The position numbers and the translations under genes are program-made. A stretch of 64,000 nucleotides of DNA from Tubulanus polymorphus (Eukaryota > Animalia > Nemertea), in assembly GCF_964204645.1 (NCBI RefSeq), contig NC_134029.1, positions 3,596,001 through 3,660,000 on the forward strand, read 5' to 3'. This document shows, piece by piece, positions 1 to 13,674 of this stretch (its first letter is position 1; the number at the start of each line of letters is the position of its first letter). The notes under the pieces are model-generated. The model was not told the DNA's origin. It was given only the letters and a program-made list of their open reading frames with translations, and ran no database searches.

Positions 1-3000
1 ATTTGCCGTAAGTGTTATGAGAAACAACAGTCAGTGTGGTGGGAATGTGGGAATCACCACCACACACCGGACCGGGACGATCGAAAAGCCGAAAAGAAAA
101 GTAACCTCGACCCCCATGAATGGACAAAATGACGGAACCGTAGGAATAATTCCGTAGGCTATTTGGTGTACAGGCATTAAATAAGATATACATTTAAAAT
201 AGCTATACAATTTTACGGTCATTACGGTTCCATACGAATAATAGTAATTTGGTTGAGAGTTGAAATGTTCGCACTTGTTGATTGAAGAGTAGTCAGTAAC
301 CTGTCTGTGGTTTAGTTTCACGATCGGATATTTTCACAAACCACAGTCAGGAATGGGAAGGTCATTTTTGTATGAAATCTTCGTCAGCCAATTTGACTGA
401 CGAGTAATTTGCCTGGCATTTCATTGTCTCTTAAGATATCCATCTAATTTTTGTTGTAATCGACGCACAACAGATTCGTAGTTTGTCTGATACCTATAAC
501 ACCTCACCTGACGATCTTAATCCATGTGCAAATCGGCCGTAAAGTGAGAGTAAATTTCCGTAGAGTCAACAGCTGCCATTTTGAAAATTACTGGAGGTGC
601 TGGCACCTGTGGACTGAGGCCAGGACAACAGCACAAACTAACAAAGCGAAACGACGAAATTGAAAAATATTAAGAAATCAACACTTATTCACATTTTTCT
701 TTTACCAGAATTTATTATTTAAATATTAATTAAGGAAAACACGAAGATTTGAAATATAGGTTGGAAAACCATCAAAAATAAAAATTGTCGTTTCGTCTTG
801 GAAGTTTTATATAAATCCTTGTAGGTCCCCTTGTCTTATCATGCCACATGTGCAATACAGAGAAATGGCGGCAAATGGCGAAATTTGTGGAGAAATTAAT
901 TAATTTCTCAAAATAATGTTGATTAATCACTCGAAACATGCATAAAATTGGATTATTTCGAAAGGTACCTGTGTAAGTTTGTGAAATAAGCCATTAATTG
1001 TGGACTGAAGTGGATAGAAAGTATATTTTTGAAGTGTTACTTTTTTCAACCGTGTTTTGGCCCTTGTCATCCCTAACGTTGGTATAAGCCCATCCGATTA
1101 TAAAAGCTTACCACCAACGATTAGGTAACTAACTAATTGAAGAGTTGAGTGTGTATTTGTTAATTTCAAGTTCTGTTAGTTCTGGGGTTAAACACCAGCA
1201 GGGCAGGCAGTGAGATGTGCCGGCTTAGAGTAGTCTCAGTCGTTAGTCAAGTCTGGTCAAACTGACACGCGTAATGTAGATGGACATGTAGTAGAATTGG
1301 GTATATGTTCCTCGCGTTATTCTGATAAGGACCATCGGCATCATGGTACTATAGTAACAGAAGTATTCGAAAGACTGCAGTTCTAGGTCTCTAACTATTA
1401 GAGACACATACTGCAGTTAATGAAGGAAAAACCATGAAAAAACTACCAAAACCCAAATTAACACAGCGCAAATAATAATTCTGATGTGAACTTGTATTTG
1501 TAGGACCCAGCCGTACAGCAAGCAGCGAACGCTCAGAGAACAACCAGAACCAACAGTGGATTAGATGAATTTAACCCATTTGCAGCTGGAAATACAACGC
1601 GTCAGGTATGTATGAATTCATCTCCTCAGAGCTCGATGAATCCACTCTATTGACTTCACATCGGTCTCAAGTAATCATTCAAATAGAATATATCTAGACA
1701 TTAGCTGAGACCACATGAGTGTTTTTGATCAAAAAACTTGACAAAAAAAGCATTGGACCAGGCTCATGCCGAATGAGTGTCAAATTATTTTGCATGAATT
1801 CTAACTGGTCCTAGTGGTGACTTGTCTCGCTTACCACAGCATTGTGTAGCCTAGTAACGTAGGAGGGATTTATATGCGAATACATTTTCTTATTAGCTAT
1901 GGGCCAAATTTTGACTGGTGTGATCCGCGGGCCTGTTTGCCTTTTGCCAAATCATCCCCATGTGATCGCAGCTATGGGTTATAGAAAGATCCCTGCGATT
2001 ATTAGATTTGTCAACACCGAGGATTCAGCATCCAACACTTTGAACCAACACCTTATCGTGACTCAAGAAAAGCCTTTCTTTTCATGTCAATTGATAGGAC
2101 TATTATTAGATTTGTGCAATTTTCTTGGAATATTAGTACCGGTACATTACGTCTTAAACCTCTGGCCAAGTGTCAAGATTTTATTCAATACATGGTATTG
2201 TCACCTTCTTTCGCAATATCTGTTGATACAGGCCTGCAGAGTAATACCAGTATTGAGAATCTGGTATATACTACTACAAATAACTATCATTGCACAATAC
2301 GACCATATATGTTTATAGATGTGTGGGATTCTAAATTATTCATTTAGCTTATCCTATATTTCACACACAGCTCAATAGAAGATCTATATAAGCCACCAGG
2401 GCTTAGCCACGATAAGCGTATATTCAGAAAGTGCGTATTATTTGCCGGTCATGAATGAAAATTGATTACAACCTAGAAAGACTCGCGTCTATAGGCTAAT
2501 AAGTCACTTCATATTAAATGATGTGAATATATTTAGAAAAATCAATAGATTTTTAGTCGCCGTTGGCCTATGTTAAACATGTGTTAAACATTGTATCAGG
2601 CAAATAGAGAGCAGCAGCAATTAGGTCCAGCAGCTGTCATCAAACATGGATATACAGTCTTTTTATTGGGGTACCGGCAATGCTACTGCAGTAAGCAAAA
2701 TTCCACCAGTATTCGCCAGTTTTGCTAGTGTACAATTTCTTCTTAAACTCAGTTGAAATCTAACGATAATTTCTTAAATTCTTTGTATGATGCACGAAAG
2801 TCATGCCACATTAAACTGTTTTTAAGATTATTCCTAGTGTATCTAGATGAGATGTAAGCCTTATTTTTGGTTCGGAAAACCGAATATTGAGATCGAAAAG
2901 TTGATTGACAATGAACTCCTTTTGATCGAATGCTTCTGGTATCTTAGCTCAGTGCCATCTGACGGGATACCTGGCGTGCCACTACCCGATTGAATTTTGC

Positions 3001-6000
3001 ACAAGTTTGGACCGATAGGTGTGGAGAAAGTAGGGCAACTCGGGAGAGCTCACTTCCACTTACCTCGAAGATTTCTGTAGTCGACTCATCTGTTGCCGTG
3101 GCAACCCTTGTGCATTATCGGCAGCGATTTCATCGGTACGAGTTGCTGACATTTCACCGTGTCCATTCACCGCGTCGGCGCTTGTGGTGGCCATGAAATC
3201 TTATCTGTTTACTGTGGTTTTAAGAAACTTTGACCTCGTGACCTCTTTCAAATCGACGATTCGAGGCAGTTGGTCGTATTGTTAACGCGTTGTAGATTCG
3301 TCTGTTTCTACACATAAAAAGAACTGATACACGCCTTTTCTGGCATCCGTTGTCGAACGGCAAATATCTCGCCGGGTTTGATTGCTGATGGGAATATTCA
3401 TTCGGCAGGCTGTGGAGCGACGAATTTGAATTTCAAATATTCCCTGAATTGTGCACATATGCTACCACCTCCATTTCTGTAGTGTACGCCGTGCGAGAGA
3501 GTGTATGCGTTACGAGTGACATTAGATGCGCAGTCACTGAAACCTGGTGTTCTCCGTTAAATGAGATGTCAGAGATAGAATATTATTTAAATTGATTGGA
3601 TTAATATCGGTATATATATATATATATATATTATAAATCACTGACTGTAGCTGGCGTCGACGTATCTAACAATGGCGGACGGTGAGAAAAAATCAGTGCT
3701 GATGAACAAGAAACATAAAAACTTTGGTAGCAATGATCAGGTGGGTCAGTCTGTAAATACAAATTGTGAATGGGTTTATGACGTTAATATTTCATAATTA
3801 AAGATGGAGATAGGTTAAAGTGGTCAAGCCTCGACCCTGCTCGGAAAGGTCCTTAAATTGTTCCTGACGATATTGTCTTATTGTAAGAGGATGTTGTACA
3901 GAGTTTAGTAAAGGCTGAAACCTCTGATAATTCACGAAATACTGGGGTCGAATTTTACTAAAATGATTTAACTCCTAAATTGATTTAAGATGAACTGAAT
4001 TAATGAAGAAATAAATTGATTAAAGAAGTACACCGTACCCAGGAGGTACGTCTTCCTTGTCTGATTTTTTGGGGGTACTGGTAGGTTTTTCAGCTGATAA
4101 AACTTTTTTCAGTATTCTTGATTATTTGCTATGTAAATACACGACTAATGCTACGACAGTATCTATATACACTGAGCACTGTGATCAGTCGATACAGTAC
4201 TGTGTCATCTGTCCTCGAGTCGTGTGTTCTTACCATTGAAGAATATTCCCAGCTATATTAGAATTGAGTAACGTATGTACATCTGTTCAGTGGTAGCAGA
4301 TTTTCTCATTTTCGCTGTGACTGTAGCTGCTGTGAATCTAAAGATAATAACATTCTATAGAGGTAACATCTAAGGCGAGACCAGGCGCCCGGTTTTACAA
4401 AAGTAGTCATTAAACAAATTATTGGTGTCAAAGGAACCAATGATTTCATCGTAACTAACATTGTGTGTTGCTGTATTAAATTGTGTGCGTCTAAATTCCT
4501 ATTTTTAGGTGTGATGATGTTGTCACATATTATTGATATTTCAAATGTCTGTTTGGTTTTGTTCTTTTTTCTTGGTAAACACCATAATGTCATCGAGTCA
4601 CACAAAGTTGATTTAGTAAGAATTCAAAATAACAAAAAGCGCTACGCACTGTAGTATGAATACCTACGTGTGATAATGAATCACTTTGATAATGTGATAA
4701 TTCTTGATATATTTATGATAATTTCATTCAGTAAATTTTAATAATACGGCAATATAGAGTCGGGTGTTGTGGTAATGTTCATAATCCTACTGATCAGAGA
4801 TGGATCAATAAAACGTGTTGTAGGTCTGTAGTCTGCAGGGCTGTTGTCGAAATTGACTCCGACATGTTAGCCATTCGCTGACTGACTCAATTACGTTAAA
4901 CCAACTTCCTGCTTATTGTACATACAGTTATAGTAATAATACAGTGATTAATGATATTACTGTCGGTTATAACGTTCTCTGTCACCTATGATAACATTTG
5001 AAATTGATGATGACCTCAGATATTAATATGAGCAATGCTCTGTTCTCTCTGTAAATCCCTGTAAGTACAACTCTCTTGATTCCTTAAAAACTCCTGTTAA
5101 CCCTTTATGGACGAAAGTGCTTAAGTTCTTTAGAAATAAGCAATAAGAAATGTTGCGTAAATCGGTACAGGTGGGACCAGGATTTTTTTACCAAATTTGG
5201 TGGTTACCGAATTAGAAACCGAGTTGAATTAGTAGTATAAGAAATTTCACCATTGAAATTTTGAAATATTGTCCTTTAAAACTCTATAAGACTCCTTGTA
5301 TCCAGGAATGACCGATGTGTAGGAACCCTGAGTTTAAATCGAGCTGATTTGATGAATATTTGTACATGTACCTTTTTACCTGTATCTTTTTAATTTCTGC
5401 AATTATGATTTTTTTTGTTTGACAGACTGGTGGCGGAACTGTACCACCACCGGCTCAACCAACACCAGCGATGACGACTCCACAGACACAACCGGCTGTA
5501 ATGATGCCCAGCGAAGCCCCACCTCCTTATACTCCTTCTGGAGCTCAGAGAGTCGACACAGAAAGTTTACAAAAGCAACAGGAGGTTTGTATATTTGAGT
5601 ATGAAAATCCAACTAAGAATGAAATTTAAGTCAAAAATGTTTCGTAGCGCATTTAACTTTTTCATTTTAGTGTCGGATTTTTGTATCATGTTTATAATAC
5701 GAACACGGTCTTAATCGAGAAAAAAATCTATTTGGCTTAATTTTTTTCTTTTGTCTTAGGAATTAGAAAGAAGAGCTCAAGAATTACAACGAAAAGAACA
5801 ACAAATGCGAGATGCGCAGTCGGGCGGTACGTATGTGGTGATTCTGTTGTGATTTCAGTGCCTATAGGCCTTATATCTGATTGTCTCTGTACTTGTATTT
5901 ATTAAATTTTTGTTTGTAATGTTTCAGTACGGACGAACAACTGGCCTCCATTACCGGCGAAATGCTGCTTTGGGCCGTGTTTTTATCAAGATTTTGCCAT

Positions 6001-9000
6001 CGATATTCCATTAGAATTCCAGAGAGTTGTGAAATCATTGTATTATTTATGGATGTGTAAGTATATATTTGATATATTTGATACTTCTCTGTATTCAGGG
6101 AGGTTCTGGAACTCCTGGTCTTCAACAAAGGTCTGCCCTGTGATACTGGCCTAAAGAATATTTGAGCATCGATTTCTAAAAATTCAGTGTACATTGTATC
6201 ATTCATGTATGTGTTTGCTTATTACACTCGGCCACCTGTTCCTCAGACGTGCATAGTAAAGTTGACTTGAGACTGATAAATTGTAGTTGGCATTCATTTT
6301 CATATTCAAACTCATGATGAAACACTCTTGAGTCTGTGATAATTTCAATGGGAAAAGACCGCATCTAAGGAAACTTTCGCTGACTTAATCTTCTATTCGT
6401 AGTGTGGGATCTTTTTATGTCATAGTAAAGAAACTCAAGTATTTATGTTCGGTTGTTTTTCAGTCTATAGTTGCGTGCTGATACTCAATGTTTTAGGCAG
6501 TTTAGCGTACTTCATTTCGAATTCTAGCGGTGGAGTAACGTTTGGTCTGTCCATATTATTCCTCGTCTTATTTACGCCTTGTTCGTTCGTCTGCTGGTAT
6601 CGACCGGTCTATAAAGCATTCAGGTAGGTACTCATTCCACATGACTTGAGAAGTATAGGACTGAAAATATCGAATAGAATCCACTGAATCTTCAAACATA
6701 TTTTAAACTAATGCAAATGGAAGTCTGCGTACGTATCTAACTATTGACTATTGTTTTTGTCTTTTTCAGGAGCGACAGTTCTGTGAATTTTTTCCTGTTT
6801 TTCTTCATATTTTTCTTCCAATTTTGCGTGAACGTAGTTCAAGCACTTGGGATCGATTCATTCGGCACTTGGTAAGTACCGTCGTGATATTATAATTAAG
6901 GCGAATCATCCAAACTCGCCGAGTTTTTCGAAAGAAAACTTCCGTGAAAATCTCAACATATTCAAATATTTCGAAATAACGTGCCGTTTTTTCAGCGGAT
7001 TCATTAACGGTTTGCACGTGATCGCGACGCAGAAAAATTCCCAAGGTTATGGAGTTGGAGCGATTTTGTTAATTGTTGGAATCATGTTTGCCATATTGGC
7101 GTGTCTTGACATGTTGTTTTTGATCAAGGTGAAATGACAACAGGCGATATGAGAATCAACAGAAAACCCACATTATCTTCTTTTCTATTTCTCCAGTTCT
7201 GGTTTTTCGTTGTTATTTGTAGAATTTCTAACTCGTGGACAATATTTCGAATCATTGACCAACATTAAATGAAATTCAAAAGCTTTGGTAGTCTAGCTCG
7301 AAGTCACTATTTTTGAATCTCAATTAGTACTGTCAATTCAATTTACTAAGTATAAGTCGTCATTTGGATAAGTCGTCCCAGCTATGACGACTTAAACGAG
7401 TTTAACTGTGTCGATCATAAGGAATGAATTCAATTTCAGTTCAGTCGGGTTAGTTTTAAGTTTAGCAACGACGAACCAGTTCTGGTTGAGAATATTATTA
7501 CCCACCATTTTGTTGTGTGAATCAGCGTGCGTCATTGTTTTATCCGTGTTTAGGATTATTGTGTTTTCAGTTGATATCGCGTTATTGAAAGCACTATTTT
7601 AGCCAATGCTCTGCAAAAAGCCAAGAATCTTGCCTGTATATTCCCTCATATGGTGATTTGGTCTATAAATGCACGCAACCATACAACGACCTAAAAGGCA
7701 ATTCCATTGGAAAAATCGCCTAACTGTACATTAGATTTTCTTGTCTTTTTGTTGCACAGCGCGAATGTACATGATTGTCTGTAGACTGTGATTTCGTAGA
7801 ATTATTTTTGATGATTTTTCAATCAGTAATCGAGCATTTTCTTCCAAATTCACACACATTAAGTCATAAGACAATTCCATCATGTTCCTTCGTAATCGTC
7901 CTGATTCTACCTTTTAGTTTCGATAATTTACTGTAATTGATTATTTGTCGTATTTGTTTAGCGGGTGGATTAATGGAATAAAAACAGTTGGTTATAATAA
8001 AGCAGTTGGGGCGATCATGCTCGTGATAGGAGGTTGCTTCACTATCGTGGCCGTCGGAAGCATTTTCTTCTTGATAAAGGTATGACGACCTCGACACGTC
8101 GTCGATCATTCTTCTCTCATTGCAGAATGGAATTGCCTTTTTCTCTTTAAATATAAATAAATTGGACATTTTCTATTGGAGAATTGGCACATGCTAGCCT
8201 TAGATGTCCATAATTCGGATCTTACAAATGCATATTTCCTGATTGCTTGATCTGGTTCTGGGTAATGCTTACTGCTATACTGCAATTTTGAGTTGAAAAT
8301 TCTCTATCGAAATACTATGCCTTTCGATTTGACATGATCTTTAGTGGCTTTTCATTAGAATGTTTAATAGATGTATTTAGTTGATTTCCATTAATTTCAA
8401 GTATCCATACTAACAGCATGAAAAGGGCAATCCCATATTGGTGTTTCGATGTATCTTGTTGTTGTTTTGTGTTAAATATGAAGATAGTCCGATGCCTATG
8501 ATAGTATTTCTCATGATATTTCCATATGTTTGGCTACTGTAACTTTATGGGATCAGAGTCTTCTTCATATTAGTCTTTCTGTGTTGTAATGTCTCTAGTT
8601 TTACTTGGATAAAGGTTTGTATATCTTCGATTTAAAATGATAGCCTTTGATAAGCAATGTTCATCAGTTTTGTAGTTTTAAGTGGATACTGATCCAAAGC
8701 TTTTGTCTGGTACAATGGCCTCCGCTCGATCAAACTTAAATAGTTTAATACTAATAAGAAATAAAAGAAAATAAGATTGATTTAATGATACATATACTAA
8801 TTGCTTGTTTGTTTCAAGAAATATATATTTAAATCATTCATTGTAGGTTCATCGTATATACAGAAGCACCGGGGCTAGTTTCGACAAAGCCAAGCAGGAA
8901 TTCCGACAAGGAGTGATGAGTAATGAACATGTACAGACTGGTGTATCGGACCTGGCTGCTGGAGCAGCTCGTAATGCTATGTCCGGTAATGCTGGCGGCA

Positions 9001-9011
9001 ATCGCTATTAA
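1..9011 (+). CDS. SCAMP: Secretory carrier-associated membrane protein (SCAMP), spliced; 5' end lies outside the window
   Basis: Exons: <1-7 (..FA|GTAAGT), 1504-1605 ([14 protein letters not shown]), 5426-5584 (..APPPY..QKQQE), 5760-5826 ([13 protein letters not shown]), 5928-6056 (NNWPPLP..PCFYQDF), 6464-6623 ([19 protein letters not shown]-peptide), 6770-6871, 6996-7128 or 7962-8079, 8847-9011 ([19 protein letters not shown]..stop). All GT-AG, phases consistent. Confidence 0.95.
3064..3194 (-). CDS. Candidate first coding exon of an unidentified antisense gene continuing left of the window
   Basis: ATGG start at 3194, 43 open codons ([21 protein letters not shown]), perfect AG|GTAAGT donor at 3063, GC/CpG-richer exon-like composition. 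Confidence 0.4.
3672..3740 (+). CDS. SCAMP: Candidate alternative first coding exon of SCAMP ([23 protein letters not shown])
   Basis: acaATGG context, 23 open codons, CAG|GTGGGT donor in phase 0 matching the acceptor at 5426; TATAAA at about 3632. Confidence 0.55.
6996..7128 (+). CDS. SCAMP: SCAMP mutually exclusive exon A (lumenal loop + TM4)
   Basis: ttcag acceptor, 133 nt, [47 protein letters not shown]|GT donor. Confidence 0.85.
7962..8079 (+). CDS. SCAMP: SCAMP mutually exclusive exon B (lumenal loop + TM4)
   Basis: tttag acceptor, 118 nt, [42 protein letters not shown]|GTATGA donor; same phases as, and homologous to, exon A. Confidence 0.85.
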
Positions 9012-9746
9012 ATTCATCATCCATCTTAAATTCACACTCACACGACACAAGACAGTTTGTTATATCGAAGAATTATTAACTGAGTCTTGAATATGTGGGC
9101 GAAGTACAAGCCACAATGGGCAGTATAAGGCAGTGAGAGACTACGTTCATGTCTAACTGTATGTATCAACATATATTAGTTAAACATCAGTTGGAAAAGA
9201 AAAACATCCATGCATTCATTTACCATTCAAGCTGCTTCTTATTGTAAAATAAGGCCCGAGCAATGTTATGAACATAATCATACATATTTTTAATCCATCA
9301 ATAGTAATTCTAGACATGTTTGGTTTATAAGGAATCGTCATATTCGCTTGTAAAATCCAGTGACTGTTAGCAGTATTAGTTTACTGTATTAATAGTTTCT
9401 ATCATCGAAGCAATATTGATATAAATCATTATTACCATGATAATTTTATATTTTTAAGACATTTTCGTGAAAGCGTACGGTGAATGTTTGTTGTACATAT
9501 TAGCTACGAACCTACGTGTAATATAATGTATCTTACAATTTACGCTTAAACAGTAGTGGGCACAGCCTTGAAAACAAATAACGTTAACAATTAGTGGAAT
9601 CAGGAATTTCAGATTCAATCGATTTGATTTTCACTTCACTCTACACATTTTTATGTTTCATTCACTGTCAAAATTAGCCAGTTCTTTCGCTCCCAGCAGG
9701 AAACTGAGCTGGTTGGTCGTTCATAAATGACCCTCAGTAGACATAC

Positions 9747-9909
9747 TACAGTAGACTCTGCCTTAGTCGGTAGCATTAGGACTGTAAATATTTTGCTGAA
9801 TTGAGAATGGGGGAAATAGAATGTTTATCTGAATGGATTTGTATGAAAATACACCGACTTGAGTAGTTTACTGGAAGAACCGGTACCGAGTAAGGAAGAA
9901 TTTACTGTA
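9747..9909. mobile_element. Short Tc1/mariner-type MITE in the presumed SCAMP 3' UTR
   Basis: TA-CAGTAGACTCTGCCTTAGTCGGTA ... TACCGAGTAAGGAAGAATTTACTG-TA imperfect TIRs with TA flanks; similar elements near 7330-7410, 12270-12361 and 25130-25298. Confidence 0.5.
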
Positions 9910-10791
9910 TGCGCATGATCTCAATGATTTGTAATGAATATAAAGTTGTTATTTTCACCACCACCCTGCCTCGACTGTGTCGGTTTAGTTTAAAGGTTGG
10001 TATCATATTTTTCTCTCTGATTGTAGCAAACGGTAACTAGAGAGAGAGAGAGAAAGGAACGGGGACTGATCTCGCGCGAGTGTCCACCAACGTACGATGG
10101 ATGTTCACTTATTAACACACACACAACACACACAAAATAGCGTTTGTTCGTTTGTATTCGTTTGATAGAAATGTTGAGTAAGTGAAGACTTCAAAATGGA
10201 CACAGTTTGAATTGCTTTATTCTGTAGCATGGTACGAGTGGTCGGTTGATCATTGTCAAAAGTAAATGTTTATGGCATCGCGGACATTGGCAGAAATTTT
10301 AGGTTATATCTTAATGCTTGTCCTATGAAAATAAGAGTTTTTGATTTGTTCTGCCTGTGCCTGATGATGAAAATTGGTTAAATCTTAAAATTATTCGCAC
10401 CATTTTGATTGATATATTGACTTGTGAAACATACCATCTGCACTTGTGGTCCAACTGGTGGGAAAGCTGGTGAATGGTTGATTGTGGTTTTAGCTACCGG
10501 TATCATGTATTTTTACGTTAAGTGAAAATATGAAAGCAAAGATGTACGTACAGTGGTACTGCTGTACATGATGCTTAAATGTTCTAAGTTATCCTCAATA
10601 ACTCAGTAGCTTTGTAGCACATCCCTCCTTGCCCTAGTGTAGTTGTTGTTGGCTAGTTGTTACACTTTTTCAAGAAGGAGGAATTATATAAGCAATATCT
10701 ATGATTCAGAAAATATGATTTCAAATAGTATGATGAAGGTTGAATGTGCCATGTTATTGCTCGTAAATTGCTAATGCTTACATAATAATGT

Positions 10792-10794
<3 letters not shown>

Positions 10795-10824
<30 letters not shown>
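10795..10824. repeat. (AT)n microsatellite
   Basis: About 15 AT units; a shorter (TA)n run lies at about 3610-3631. Confidence 0.9.
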
Positions 10825-10827
<3 letters not shown>

Positions 10828-13108
10828 AAAAGACCTGAGTACATTGGTCTATCGCTAGTCAGTTGATGCAGCAGTCATTGATTTAACTACTATCATCGAT
10901 AGATGCGCAATCATGTAATTGCTTTATAGAATGTATTATTGATCACAAGATGCATAAGCTGTATTATAGAAGGTAATAGATATAATGTACTGGTATGTAT
11001 ACTAAACACCTTGTAATATCCGGTAATATCTATACACTGTAGTTTCATTGTACATTTATCAGCTATAACCAGTATATTCATATAAACTAAATAAGAAATT
11101 TCGTCGGTCGGTGATTCACGATTTTATGATCTCTCATTCATAAATCGGACGAATTAAGACATTCTTCAGTTTGAATACATGTAGAGCCTTGACCTAATGA
11201 ATCTTGCTTATCGCAAAAGCGAAGATATTAAGTATTAGTGTGTAACTGAGTTAGAAGCCTTTGCATCAAAGAGTGTAGCTAGCTAGCTGATATATCAATA
11301 CTAGGTATTTTGGAAAAACCGTGTATGTGCCATTTGTGGTAAAATTCGAAGATATAATGAAGCCAAAAGTTTTAATCGCTTTAGATAAGAGTATGCTGGT
11401 TCTGGTTATGTCGAAAGTGTGCCTTTCATCATCTTTAACTTTAACTTTTGAGTCAAATTGAACCGTGCTGAATATCGGTGTATCGAACCATCTTGAAATA
11501 AAGGCTGCAGTTGCTCGTATGTGATAGATGTTTATTGTGTTATTTACGTGTGTACTTAATGAATAATGATATGAACACAACAAACACCGTCCATCCGTTA
11601 TGTGTGTAGGATGGCTGTGTATATATTTGAGTTGTAAAAACGCTATCGCAATCATTCCTTTCTGTAAACAAATAAACAACAAAAAAAGACGCAAGAACAA
11701 TAACAGTGTGTGTTGTAGTGTGCATGCAGTTAATTGTGCTGGTAAGGCAGGTTTCGATTGGTCCCTACCAATTCTGGTTTATTTCGATCGGAATATGCTC
11801 TACGTATTCCAGAAAAGTACCGGTATATCGTGTAAACCTTACAGAAAGCTGTGTAGAGTTTGAAATCTGGAATTGTGCTATCCATTCTATCAAAACAAAC
11901 CTGCCTCTAAGGCTGACTGGACCTCGCTGGAAGGGCTGTCTAACGGTAAAGTTTGATACTCCTGGATGTTAGTATCACCACGATCAAGTGCGGTCGAGTC
12001 ATGCTATTCTGATTATTGATAGTTAATGTTATAGATACGACGAGAACTGGTGACAATATGTATATTCGTAGTGTATATATAGATATATGATTATTGAAGA
12101 CTGGTTATTTTTTCGTTGCGTGGCCAAAAACTGAAAAAAAGCTTCATTTGTTAGTCATTCGTTTATTTCTAGTTTGCTAAAATTTCTGTTTGAATGATAG
12201 ATTCTTAAATGCAGTAATTGAGTTTCGCCAACTATTTGAACCGTCACAAAACCGAGATCTTGATTGTAATACCGTAGACTCTCATCGGGCAGATGAAGCC
12301 GAGATCAAGAGTTCAATACTTAATACCATCATCGTACCTCTCAATTCTTGAGTCTACTGTAATATAACTTCAGGTCCGATAGATTTAACTATGTCCAGCA
12401 TATGGTATTAAGTTTGTTTGTGAAACAATCAAAATAAACTATAGTCTATTGATTCTAGGTCTAAATGGCTGCATTTGTGACGGTGAATTCAATGTAATCA
12501 GTTATTAAGTTATTTTTCTGTACAGATCGTGTCAGTGTATGATATTCTAACTATTATGAAAACCTGTCATCACTTGAATATTGTGATTCATATACACATG
12601 TTTAATATCGTTTCCTCTTGAAAGAATAAATAATCTGTATAATTATCAAATAATTCATTTGTCTTAAATGGTTTCTCATACAGATTTAGTTATGACTGTG
12701 GTATGCCAGTTCAGTCAGCCAAGGATTTGTCCATATCAAGAGCCAAGAGGTTTAAATCACGAAGTAACACTGTGGGAATAGACCCTTCCAGGCCATACTC
12801 ACATATATCCCGGCTTATAGACAAGTAACAAGCACATGAGGGGCAGGCAATGCATTGGTATAGCTTTTTAGCCAACCAATGCCGAGGACTTTGCTTCCTG
12901 GAGTATACCTCAAATTTAAACATATGACAATGATTGATTTCCTCTCCTCGCCGAGACGATTTTTTTAAGCTCTTAAGAAAGACAATTTTTAGAGTTTCCG
13001 TAATCCAATTGGCAGAACAGACAATACAAGAATGAAAAAACAAATCTGAATTCAATTTATAAGTTTTTTTAATTATTACGACCAGTACTTTATACAGGAT
13101 TTATCAAT

Positions 13109-13674
13109 TTACTTCTGTGCCTTTCTCATCTGTTGGATCACACTTTGCATTTCTTCTCTCTTCTTCTTTCCTCTCAAATGTGTTCCCAACTAAAATGATA
13201 AAAAAAAGTTTGCTAGGCTATACAATTACAAATTCTCTTGTGCTTAATACGAGCAAGTCGGAACCCTACGACAGTCTCAGGGTCATGACATGACAATTCA
13301 TAGAATACAATGACTTACTCTTTTCTTGACGAATTTCAGAGCTCGCTTATCTCGGGAAACTCGAAGCAACTCGATACATCTTCGTTCGTATGGAGCGAAA
13401 CCAACAATTTCACGTACGAGATCTCTGATGAATTTATTGTGTTTCGTCAATCTCTGAATGGTAAATAAAATAGATACACGGTGTAAATAAAATATCTTTA
13501 GATATATCGAGTGTAATAGAACCATCAGTAAATCAAATGAACCACGACTTTCTGTAAATATTTAGATTTTGTGACACTTACCCCCTTCCTTCTTGAAGGT
13601 CTTGTCTTAGTGGTATTTTTTGTCACCTTGTGGCCTTTTTCCAGACCAACTGCCATCTGGTAGCGAACTGCCAT
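13109..13674 (-). CDS. RPL36: 60S ribosomal protein L36 (eL36), 102 aa
   Basis: Exons 13674-13582 ([25 protein letters not shown]), 13453-13319 ([35 protein letters not shown]), 13189-13109 ([15 protein letters not shown]..stop); GTAAGT donors. Confidence 0.97.

Noticed and set aside
31-321. 96-aa minus-strand ORF
   Set aside because: GTG start, no recognisable motif, lies in SCAMP intron 1.
1899-2347. 139-aa and 87-aa plus-strand ORFs in SCAMP intron 2
   Set aside because: No recognisable domain, no splice or promoter support, intron-like composition.
7408-7602. Hydrophobic ORF between SCAMP exons A and B as a third exclusive exon
   Set aside because: A phase-compatible acceptor exists near 7439, but there is no GxING/VGAI similarity and no donor; T-rich intron DNA readily gives hydrophobic translations.
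8540-8614. Stretch ending ..WIK|GT as another SCAMP TM4 exon
   Set aside because: In-frame stop upstream and no suitable acceptor.
11266-11972. Cluster of overlapping ORFs
   Set aside because: AT-rich presumed SCAMP 3' UTR, no coding signature or family motifs.
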